DNA of 61,922 nt, counting the filler, from Hausera hauseri (lineage: Eukaryota), in the NCBI GenBank assembly GCA_046269625.1. It is 10 parts of 10 records of this genome, joined end to end, with 100 filler letters (N's around TTAATTAATTAA, not from the genome) between each part and the next. Parts side by side here need not be neighbours in the genome. Positions count along the whole stretch, not along the records: positions 50,749 to 57,258 come from JBJURY010092432.1; positions 57,359 to 61,922 come from JBJURY010525791.1; 8 more parts are not named here. The stretch is one strand, 5' to 3'. The position numbers and the translations under genes were made by a program. Below are positions 50,890-61,922 of this stretch, one piece after another. Position 1 is the first letter of the stretch. Every line of letters begins with the position of its first letter. The notes below the pieces were generated by a model, which was given only the letters and a program-made list of their open reading frames with translations, made no database searches and was not told where the DNA came from.

Positions 50890-53060
50890 ATTGTGTTGGA
50901 AAATGACTAACATACTAAGATATACGTTTTAGTAACGTTCCGGCTACGTTGCTGTGTTTGTACTACATGAACAATAATAAATTAAAATCTACGGAATGTA
51001 TGAGAGCAATAAAAGACAGCGATGGTATATCTCTGTTGATCAACTTATTATCTCCCAATGATGTCCACTGTCGAATAGGCTAACTCAAAGTTATTCGTGA
51101 ATTGGTAATTTTCAGAACAAAATTAGTTCGCATGCTTTTGTCCAAATCATGTCGTTTTTTACGTTTTTCTCCATGGATTAATTTTTCAAAAACTCGTCTC
51201 TTCTGTCTAATAAATAAAAAATATTAACTGCACAATGAATTATGCAATATTCTATTCCACATCGTCGCTGAAACTAAAGAATTTTCTTTAATCCACAAAC
51301 TAGCCAGAATTTCGTTATTTCGTGAAAAGATGAAAGCAGAATTGCCGTACTTCGGTAAATGTCTCCCAACCACTGTCGAAGACACTACCCAAACTGTGTT
51401 CTGCAGTGAACCAAAATGAAAATTCACTGTTCATTGCTTCAGAATTGCCGTTGGAATTTAGTGGATTGTTTGTCTTGTCCAAAACACAAAACATCGGGAC
51501 ATTTGTGTGGCATTTTACCGGATTAGTTCATGGGGCGAAGGACTTGGATACATTTGCAATGGAATTCGCTGTTTTTATTGGAATGTACCGAAACCGAAAG
51601 ATTCGAATGCGCAACCGTTTAAATTTGCAATCTACAAACCAGACAGAAATAGTCACCAGTATAGATTCAGTTATCAAGTGGAAACAATTCTTCGAAGTGC
51701 ACGATTAAAACGAATGTCTTGGTCGAAAAAATTGGCTATCAATTTGTGACAGCTGGTGAGAATGATGCGTCTGTTGTCGACGTTCTCTACAATACGACAT
51801 ACCGTGAATTGGTATGTCGTAAGGAATTGGTGTCAATAATTACCTACTGTAGAATTATTACATTTCTGGGCGGTATACAACCGCTGGTGGATAACCTCAA
51901 AGATCACAATGCTGACTTGCAAAGTCTATCTACTGAGACCCTGGCCAAATTGGCAGTATTTATAAGGGCTAGATCAAATATCCGACGATCTGATGTCTTA
52001 GTTATCTCGTTTATCTGTTGGTTCTTGATTTGAAAAGTCTCAGGTTTCAAGTTAAAAAGAGCAGAGCTAGTGTAATACAGAAATGCAATATACAAGTGTC
52101 AGTAATGCAAAAGGCTGCGACAACGTTATGGAGAGCCAGTAAATCCAGAAGAAACAGAGTATGTATGCAAAGAGCAAGAGTACTACCGTTGTTGGCTAGA
52201 TTGATAAGAACCTCAAACACCCATTTGCTGACCCCAGTCATAGTGACTTTACAGCAATGTGCTTCCGAATATTCCTATGGAGTTTCTATTCGAACAGAAG
52301 GGATATTACCTATTTTGGTGAGAAATATTAATAGCCAAACATTTGGCTAAAAACTCAAAGCGGATATACAATTTTCATACGATTATCCAGAAACACGAAC
52401 AACGATACGTAATCTAAATGGGATTGATATTTTCATTACAGATATGGATAAAACTGCTGATCAAGACCTTCTGTATGCTTTAACCGGAGCTGCACGGAAA
52501 TGCTGCTTATATCGGATTAATGCGAAAGGATTCACAACAAAAGGCGCACATTAATGTTTTTGAATAGGTTAGAAGAACTACCAAAGATTTTTGAAGTTTA
52601 TCTTCAACCGCAGTTATTGGCATCATATAAATTAAATGATTTGGACAAAACCGAACGAATTACGGTCAATGTTACTGATGTTCTGCCGGAAATTTCCAGG
52701 TTTGACATAGGTCGAAAGATAATTAATGAAAAAACCCGACCAGATTTTTGATTTCGTTGTTAAAAATGGACGACGAAAATCTTCTGATTCATACGATTGA
52801 CACTATCCAAGCTTGCACAAAAGATCCGATTTGTATGAACGAAATTAATCGACATGATGGTGTACCGATTTTGATTTCCCTGACCGGGAATAACTCATCG
52901 AGTATTGTTTTTGTGACCTTATCAGTTTTGAAATCGTGTTTTGCGAATACTCAGAATGCAGGGGAGCTTTTTAAAACGTTAGTCAGTTCTTTTGATTTGA
53001 CGTGAATCAATTAGAGTCTGTTAATGAAGATACGTTGCTATCGGCCTGTTCGCTGATCAC
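50890..53060 (+). pseudogene. ARMC4: ARMC4/ODAD2 (outer dynein arm docking, armadillo repeat) degraded copy
   Basis: AIKDSDGISLLINLL..VHCRIG, LGGIQPLV..LQSLSTETLAKLA..RARSNIR, LWRASKSRRNR..LPLLARL..LLTPVIVTLQQCASE..IRTEG. Contains stops and a ~0.7-kb interruption. Confidence 0.8.
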
Positions 53061-54779
53061 AACCAATGATTGTTTCTTTCACACCAAACTTTACTATCAT
53101 CCATATCAAGAAGTATGCAAAATTGGTAAACGTTTTATTGATAGAGAAAATTTTGAATCATTTGTATATGACACTATCCCAATTAACAATATAATAGAGG
53201 TAAATTTAATCACATTTAGGGCAGATTGTACCAGATCTGTTCTGCAACACAGATTCTGGCCGGTGGCAACTCCTTACGTCAATGACACCAATGCGGCGCA
53301 TGGTGATTTGCCGTTGATACTAAGCGAGACACGAATGGAACTTGACGCATTCGGTCATTGGTTAATCAGTGTCTATCAACTCCGTTTTGGCGATGTTGCA
53401 TGCTAGAAATCAAAGGGGCCATCTACTGTCTTTATGGACACTTCTATATTGTTCTCGTTGGAGAAACTAGCGCACGACGGGGTAAGAGTGCTTGTTGTGT
53501 AGATTTGTCGGCAATTGTCTTTTTTGTATAACTTTTCAACATAAATTTTATTTCCTCCGGTTGCCATATTTTTTATGTATGATTTTCAGTCTCCGTTAGC
53601 AGAAAATATCTTGTCATTTTTCCTTATCGCCTTTTCCATATTAAGGCCTAACGATGTCTTACAATCGTTCTCAACAACGATCCTTAACCTGTATTATTGT
53701 CATGCTACGTTCAAGTATTACGTTCATGACCTGCTTTGTGCCTTTTTACAATTTAAGAACATTAGTGTATTGTTATTAAAACATTGGTGTATTGTTTCGC
53801 ACGATCAACCCTGTACGTTTTCCAAACTATCGTTTGGTGTAAACTGCATTGATTCATTCTTCGACCGACACTTCCATCACGATTCGAAATTTACATTTGG
53901 AAATTTCCCTCTTGAATTTCTTAAAGTATTGCCTATTGTCGCCGGTACAAATTTTCAACTCGCTGGCATGGTGTATTACAATTTATCCGCATGTTAGGCT
54001 GCGTTGTTCCGCTTACTTTAGAACTGTACTAATACCGAGAAATATTTTAAAACTATGGCCCAGCTTTTAATTCTCTACCAACATACTACGTACGTGAAGT
54101 TGAAACTAATATTTGGCGTTTTTGCCGATGAAATTGAAAAGTATTCCATGTTTACAATATTCTGTTCCACATTTGTTGACATCCAACGATGTTGGATTTT
54201 TATTAACATTGTAACTTTTGGTGATGACGGGGAAATTATGATACATTCCGATATGTTCCGTCCACATATTGTCTCGCCTTTTCCCACCTGGGCTACTATG
54301 CAGTTCTGTACCTGTACGTAACTTCTTGGAACTGAATTGCTACCCTTTTTCGACATAACATTTTCTGACAACACATACAAAGCGAAATTGAGGTTTGTAT
54401 CTCTGACTGGACCCACCGGAGGGAAGTCTATTCCCCCGGATTTTCAGGTCCATCACAGTTTGACTGACTACCCCGCCACCTATTCTATATCCGTAAGTCC
54501 CATGTCATGGACTGTTCCGTCACCACATCAACCACTATGGCCTACACCGACTCTTTCCTTTATATTTTTCGTAAATAATTGCCAATTATTCACACACAAT
54601 ACAACGTATTTTATAGACGCACATTACGTGAACAATTATGTACTACACTTTGCTAATATCTCTGACTTTTACCTCACTTACAACGACCTACTTGTAATTA
54701 ATGTCAATTTTCGCAACCTTTCTGTTCCTTCAACCCAATATATCATTAATCACGTACACTTTCGTATCTGTGGTTGCAT

Positions 54780-57050
54780 GGATTCTTCACCCACTATTGA
54801 CTTTAGTAATAAAACTGACTCTGAAGCAATACCCTTCACTTTTCTCCAAAAATCAACGACCATCACCACACCATCTACTTTCACCACTTATACACCTTCC
54901 ATCCCGCCAGCCAAACAAACTTCTTCTCAGTGCACAGAATACTTTATCGACCATGAACGTCCAGCAAGACATAGCTCAACTTTCACAAACTCTGGCCACA
55001 GTATAACAGTATTACCGATCCCTCAGCCAAGGCTAATAGCTTACTTTTCCTCTTACAAACACAGTAAAGACTTCTCTTCACGATATTTTAGACATCTTTC
55101 AACAATGTAACTCGTACACTCACTCTATAATGCAGTTTTGAAAATCAAGGAACCGTATATGGATTCCATAACCCATAAATTATTCAATGATAACGCTTTG
55201 AGTACACAAAAACCATACGATTTTCTTAAAACCTCTAACTCAACTGGAAACACGGCGTTACAAAAGAAAATAATTCCAGTCTCTTACGACGCAACTTTCT
55301 CAACGCATTACCGATTCAGATCAGGGCCTTGCTTACCATCGTCGAGGAATCGACAGAACTATATAAGTTAGCCGAACTTGCAGACAAAACGTACGCGGTT
55401 TTACATCTTAACACACAAACTATCATAGAATCTCAAATACAACAGTTGCGAGCGAAAACCGCAGCCCTACATTATTCAATAACTAATATATACGAGAGAT
55501 TAAATGAAGTCGTTATGACCCAACGAAAGGGTTCCACCTACGATCACGCACGCTCTGTACCCAGAGGTCGATAACCTTCTCCAGCACGATCGCTTATCTG
55601 TTTTTACCATGATATGTTTGCTCATAAAGCACAAAAATGTCGTCTTGGGTGCCGTTTTTACTCACAAAAGTATCACATTAATAACGCTATTTTCAACTAC
55701 TACGCAAAATTTAAGAATGATGCACATAAGTGTATCCATAATTGCATCTTTTGAAGCAGCACGCAGCATACGAACGTCGGACGTACTGTCTCGTTTTCTA
55801 ACAGCCGCCCAAGTTCACCACTGTCAAAAAACTAATGCTGCCGCAAAAGCTTACGGCGAGTACTGGCGAAGGCCATTATCCAGTTTCTACCAGCCGAAAA
55901 CTTCCTTTCGCCGTATTTACCGTAAAAGCAGTAACTACGTTACTAACAACTTGCCACATAGATTTCCTTATCTATCCAGGTGCAGCGATTTCTTTAGTGC
56001 CACTCACCTTTTCAACTCAACACACTTCATCTAAAAATAAACCTCTATTTACAGCTTCTGGACAACCGCTACATGTTTCCGATACATGTATGCTTTATTT
56101 TACTCTTACGAAATTTACTAAAACGTTCCACTAGACGCTTATCGTTGCAAACTTCCAGACAGTCATTTTATGATCCGACTTTCTTTCGCACTATAATCTC
56201 CTTGTCGACTGTAACCAACGTTGCTTAAAAAGTGGTTGCAATAAGAAGCGATTCGATCACGTTGATACCATTTCGTCTGCCGTGCGGGTGAACGCAAGTC
56301 GAAAACCAATATTAAAAACCGTTGCACAAATAATTTTATTACAATCATGGCAATTTGTTTTATAAATTATTAAAAAACGATATTACTGACGATTGGGGAT
56401 TGCACTGTGATGAACATGATCCCGTTACCACTACCAAATCACTGGATAAGACTACCATCTGCAATACCATCTTCAATACTACCATCCGGCATCGAATACC
56501 ACTTCATTTTTGATTATCAAATGACGCCAAAATTGCTACTGTTACTGATACAACCACAATTACTGATAAAACCTCCTTGCTCCCTCCAAACTTTTCACAA
56601 TTACCTGCAAGTCTGCAGCAATTCATCAGCGAATTTTGTTCTAGAATTATTCAAAAAGACAGGTCTTTTACACATGCAAATACCACTTTTCATCACATTA
56701 TAACACAACATCAGAGACCTATCCGACAGAAAGTGCGTCCATTGTCTCTTCATTGCAGACAGGCCGTTGAAGCCGAATTTCTAGACCTTAAACGCTCCGG
56801 TATTGTACGTCTCTCCAAATCCCCATGGTCGTCGCCTTTGCATGTCGTACAAAAGAAGGATGGAACTTTTAGACTATGTGGTGATTATCGCCAGTTGAAC
56901 ACTTTGACCATCATGGATGCACACCCGCTGCCACTCATTAAGGATATCTTATACCGTCTCAATTCCACTACAATTTATCCTATCATTGATTTATCCAAAG
57001 CCTACCATCAAATTCATGTGGCACCTGAAGATATCGAAAAAACAGCTCGC
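54780..57050 (+). mobile_element. Ty3/gypsy gag-protease-RT remnant
   Basis: LYKLAELADK, CFYHDMFAHKAQKCRLGC knuckle, FLIYPGAAISLVP protease, PWSSPLHVV..FRLCGDYRQLN..IDLSKAYHQI. Confidence 0.9.
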
Positions 57051-57358
57051 TGTTTGGTCGGTCATATAAAACATACGCAAAATCGTTGTAGCCTTAATTT
57101 CCCTGGATAATAAATTGACGCTGTCTCTTTCAAACATATTTTGCAATAATCGTCTGAATCAAAAAATTACGACCCACGACAAGATTTTTCCTGGTCCTCA
57201 CTAAGTTTCAGGTGTAATATTATAATTTGGACCGCAAGCCTTATTTTGCATTTAAGTTNNNNNNNNNNNNNNNNNNNNNNNNNNNNNNNNNNNNNNNNNN
57301 NNTTAATTAATTAANNNNNNNNNNNNNNNNNNNNNNNNNNNNNNNNNNNNNNNNNNNN

Positions 57359-58290
57359 GAGACGGAAATAAACACCAGAACGTTTAAACTGGAGACTCAA
57401 GACATTCGGATCGAAGATTACTTGAAGAACAGAGACGACTACTTCTATTATAAAGGGCAAGCCGGAATAGCGGAGTTATATCACAAGATGATAACAAACG
57501 ACTGTAAATTGGACTTAGAAGTTATGAGGACTAAGCTCGCTTTAATATATATGAACCCTGTGCTAGCATCGCCAATAATTCCGATGAAAGATGGCGCTTT
57601 TGGACGGGTAACCGGAGAAGTTTTATTGACGTATAAGTGCGACAAAAAGGACATACCGATTAATGTGGAAGAAAAGAGATGTATACAAGAGCTCCCAGTG
57701 ATATATCAGGACGTACCGAGATTAGCAACGCCAATTATCAGAGTGTTGTTGGCAAATGCCACTCAACCGACAATCTTGAGAGACTGTAAAACTATCTTAG
57801 GAGAACTGATGTTCAGACTTAGCGAGACCGACTGGGTAAGTTTACCAAACGGCGGCATTATCGCGCCACCTGCCAAGTTGACAGGAACAAACTTAATAAA
57901 GGGAATAGCCGACGATAAATTTCAGGACACAGTCGCGAAAGGCATTTACCGACCAAAAGAAGTAAAGGCGTGCCGACAGTTTCTCGCCTTTCCTCGTCAG
58001 CGTACGCACAAACTGATTCGAGCAATGCACACAATATTGGAGGACTCCCGTTATCAAGCATTACTTGGTGTTGGCAATTATAAAAAGGTAACTACGGAAA
58101 TATTGTACAAAATTTGGGAAGGTTCCTAATATTTGGACAGGCTACGTCAGGATTTCTAGCAATATATTTCTTAATTCAACTGGTAAAAGCTATAATTCAA
58201 GCGGTTATAAACGGATACGAGATATTAATCTTGACAAGATTTTCATGCAAGATTTTAACGGCCATCATTACACCCTTCGGAAAATTCTGA
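57359..58290 (+). pseudogene. Chuvirus-like (gB/class III-type) envelope glycoprotein, C-terminal half
   Basis: LY..MITNDCKL..LAL..NP..GAFGRVTGEVLLTYKC..RCIQELPV..PIIRVL..DC..W..GIY..LAFPRQR. After a frameshift, a membrane region FLIFGQATSGFLAIYFLIQLVKAIIQAVINGYEI. Confidence 0.8.
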
Positions 58291-58949
58291 AGGCTTATGA
58301 AGAAAGTAAATGGAAAACAGGTGTAGAGCGACATGTTGGCTACCACAACCGAAAACGTAAAAGACACATATTCGATTATAGGCAAAAACTTCTGCACAGT
58401 AAGACACGAAGAAATAATTCTGACGATAACAAACCTAAGGGAGGAGATGTCATCTTCAAGCCAAGCCGACATGAAAATTACTCCGTTATGAAGCTACCAT
58501 TACCAATATTGCCACCAACGGCACCAATATAAGAAGACTGCGAGAAACAATCTATGAGCTCGTGTCAGACAGACGTCTATCGAAAGCCATTTAACATAGA
58601 GGATCCCTAAGAAAGAACAAAACGTTACGGGATATTGCGCAAGATCCACAAAACAGAGAGAACGTTTATCCCACATTATCGCTCAGCAGTCGACGATCAC
58701 GGTATAATATATTACCCCAGAGTACCTAGATCAAATGAAACACAGTCATTATTTACCAGAAGTTGTGAGACACGCAATCTCCGAAATCAAGATGTTCAGC
58801 CGCCAGTTAGAAGCCAAGGAGTAGAAAACGCGAATGGGACGAATAACGAACTGTACCCAATTGGAGAGTTAAGACAGTTAATCGAGCAGCCAGTTGGAAT
58901 CACTGAAGTTACGATAAACGGCTACAAAATGTCTACGATACGACAATCC

Positions 58950-61922
58950 AAGATAGCACCAAGCTATTACGGTAAAGTAATCGGAGGCAGGCCTTTCGCA
59001 AAGATTCAATTAAAAGATTGGGAGGTTTATGCACTAATAGATACAGGATCCGAAATATCACTGATAAAATATGATTCAGTACCGAAATTCCTACGGAAAG
59101 AATTGTATGCGTATCCTACGACGGACCCAGGAAGTATTGGAGACTTCGGACAATCATCGAAAAGTAAATTCCGATGGAAACCAGAGATACACATAATGGG
59201 ATAATCTTTCCCTCATGAATTTTCATTAATGGAGCAATTAACGAAAGATGTAGTGTTAGAATGTGATTTATTGAGACAACTACCCAATATAGCAATCGAC
59301 TTCAATGCAGGCAAGCTGATAGAACTTGAACCGATAAAAGGAGCTAAAACGACGAAAGACAGAAAGTTTGGAGAATTGTGGATTCTAGTAGACGAAACCA
59401 TACCACCCAGGACAGAAAATCTAATATATGCTCAGATACGTCAGGATGACGATCAGCCAATCTATTTCGAGCCAAAGGAATCGCTCGATCCATACCTCGT
59501 GCTCAGCAATGTTTTGACAGGAGTATCAACCGGCCGCGTGCCAATAAGAATAGCAAATAACGCACCGATTCCTATTAAACTGTACGCCAATACCACTTTG
59601 GGACACACGTGTAGGGTATCATCTATCACTATTGAGGAAAAACCATATAAGGGCGCCGAATTTCCGCCCCACGTGGCGACTATGTTTTCACCAGAATCAT
59701 ATTGTCGACTTTACGAACTACTTTGTCGTTATAGTTCAATTATCGCGAGAGATGAAGAAGATATTGGCCGAGCCAAAACCCTAAGACTCACGATTCCACT
59801 TAAGAAAAAGCCTGGATCAAAGGAAGAAATTGATTTGGAGGATCAAAAGATGCCGAAGTAATACCCTCCTCCACACTCATTAAGGCCAGATATAACCAAA
59901 GAGGTTGAACGGATGTTAAAAGCCGACATAATGAGACCAAGCTATAGATCTTGGTATTCACCGATACTGATGGTAAAGAAGAAAGGTACCAGTAAACACC
60001 GATTTTGTATCGACTATGGAGCATTAAATACACTTATGATAAAGGACTCTTTTCCGTTACCATCGGTGAAGGAAGCTTTGGACAGACTTTCTGGAGCTAA
60101 ATGGTTTACCACTCTTGACTTGCAATCGGGGTATTGGCAAGTGGAGATAGAAGAGGAAGACCGCTACAAAACGGCATTTAAGACACACGACGGTATATAC
60201 GAATCACTACGAGACCAGCTATCTTTACCCGCATGATGAACAAGATGCTAATGGGACTGGAACACTCGTTCGCCTATTTAGATGACGTCATGATTGCCTC
60301 GAAAACGGAAGACGAACATTTAAAGCATATTGAAGGTACACTTATAAGGCTGGAACAAGCCGGACTAAAACTAAATCCTAAGAAATGCAAATGGGCTCAA
60401 AACGATGTGTCTTATTTTGGGCACATAGTTGGCGAAGGAGGATCGAAGCCAGACAAATCATTACCAAACAAGATATAGGAATGCATGGAACCCCAGAACC
60501 AAAAGGAATTAAGACATTGGTTAGGTTTGTGTGGGTATTATGCTACCTACGTACCAGACAACGCGAAGATAAACGCACCTTTGTACATATTATTAAAAAA
60601 GGGAATCAAATAGAAGTGGACCGATTTCGAACAAAAGGCTTTTGATGAAATGAAGAAAAATTTAACTATTGAACCGTTTTTAAAATATCCGGATTTCAAC
60701 CTACCATTCATAATCAAAACGGATGCCAGTAAGAAAGGTATCGGATATGAACTGGCTCAAAAACAAGAAGACGAGGAGTTAGAACACCCAATCGCATATG
60801 GAGGGCGTTCTCTAAAGAAAGCTGAGAAGAACTATTCCGTAACAGAGTTGAAAAGGTTGGCAGTAAAAGAAGAACTGCGAAATTTTAATGTATACGTCTA
60901 TGGACAAAAGATTATAATCGTTACTGATCATAAAGCAGTTACGACTTTAAAAGGTAGAGCAAATAATCCAACGTGTAGACTTAATAGATGGATTGAGGCA
61001 AGCCCGGAAATAAACATGTAGATGCCGATGCATTAGCAAGACTTAAGACTAAAACAAGCTCCGTTACGATAATGAGAAAAAACCACCTCGAGGAATTAGT
61101 AGAAAGAAAACTGATTCTCGTGCTGGATAATGCATTAAGGATTTCTGTCGAACAAAAGAAGGACGGAGTTATACAACAAATTATGGAGTTCGTAGACACC
61201 GGCAAGATATCAAAAGGCCACCAGTTCCAAAAACACCTACGGAGATATGGTCAAAAATACTGCATCACTGGAGATTTGAATCATGAAAATGTGTTGTACT
61301 GCGAACGAAAAAGACGAAAATTAGTTGTTATACCGAAAGGATTACGAGCGGAAGTGCTAATGGCCGAACATGACTCATACTTAGCCGGACACATGTCGTG
61401 GAAAAGGACATTGGAAAGGATATTAAATAAGTATTATTGGCCGAGCATTTACATCAACGTAAGAAATTGGGTGAGTGCTTTCGAAGTATGCGCAACCAAA
61501 CAAAGAAAGGTAAAAAGCTACATCGCCGAACTTAAACCTATCGACGTGCCCGGTAGATTAATGCAAGCAATGTCTATGGATATTGTAGGACCACTGCCTG
61601 CAACCCACAAGAATAACAAATATATTTTGACCTGCGTAGACCGACTGACTCACTTCGTCGAAATTGTAGCGTTATTAGACCAAAAGGCCCAGACTTTGCA
61701 GAAGCCGTAGTTCGGAAAATCATTTGCAGATACGGGCCACCCGAACAAATCTTGACAGACCAAGGAAGAAACTTTACGATCGAATTGTTCGATAAAATTA
61801 CCAAAATTTTTGAGATTAAGCGATTAACTACCACAGCTTATCATCCCCGATGTAATGGAATGGTCGAACAAATGAACGCGACAGTTATACGAATCTTATC
61901 GACAGTAGTCGCAAAAGACCAG
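58950..61922 (+). mobile_element. Ty3/gypsy pol (PR, spacer, RT, RNase H, integrase), a different family from the other gypsy copies
   Basis: ALIDTGSEISLI, SPILMVKKK..RFCIDYGALN, LDLQSGYWQV, YLDDVMI, TDAS, NYSVTELK, TDHKAV, HDSYLAGH, MDIVGPLP, ILTDQG, YHPRCNGMVE. Confidence 0.95.

Noticed and set aside
53430-54450. ORFs between ARMC4 and the gypsy gag
   Set aside because: Short overlapping ORFs on both strands with no motif in any frame I read.
1-61922. Giant virus genome interpretation (TBP, PolB, ATPase, ankyrin, RING)
   Set aside because: The PolB is protein-primed, the capsid genes are Polinton-type, coding density is low, and animal genes, an intron and decayed TEs dominate.

Overview
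This window is not one locus. It is ten contigs joined by an artificial 100-nt linker (44 N + TTAATTAATTAA + 44 N), so adjacency across linkers means nothing. The DNA is AT-rich animal genomic sequence (ARMC4/ODAD2, CDK7-like with a 41-nt intron, LamG-EGF remnants), dominated by decayed mobile elements: hAT (two types), mariner, piggyBac, four copies of one Ty3/gypsy family, an 8-kb (GGTAGT)n satellite and a stand-alone Polinton-type pPolB. Three things stand out. (1) Contig 2 is an endogenous Maverick/Polinton-like virus (ATPase, core protein, integrase, two pentons, pX-like, MCP, adenain). It also encodes a TATA-binding-protein homologue, and a TATAAACA motif recurs at its gene boundaries, often about 50 nt upstream of starts and on both strands of the TBP/ATPase divergent promoter. 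(2) Contig 10 is a Ty3/gypsy element with a chuvirus-like fusion glycoprotein directly upstream of protease-RT-RNase H-integrase. (3) Contig 7 looks like the 3' end of a large LTR element carrying non-retroviral cargo (TM-ankyrin, DEDDh exonuclease, RING). All calls come from motif recognition by eye; no searches were run.
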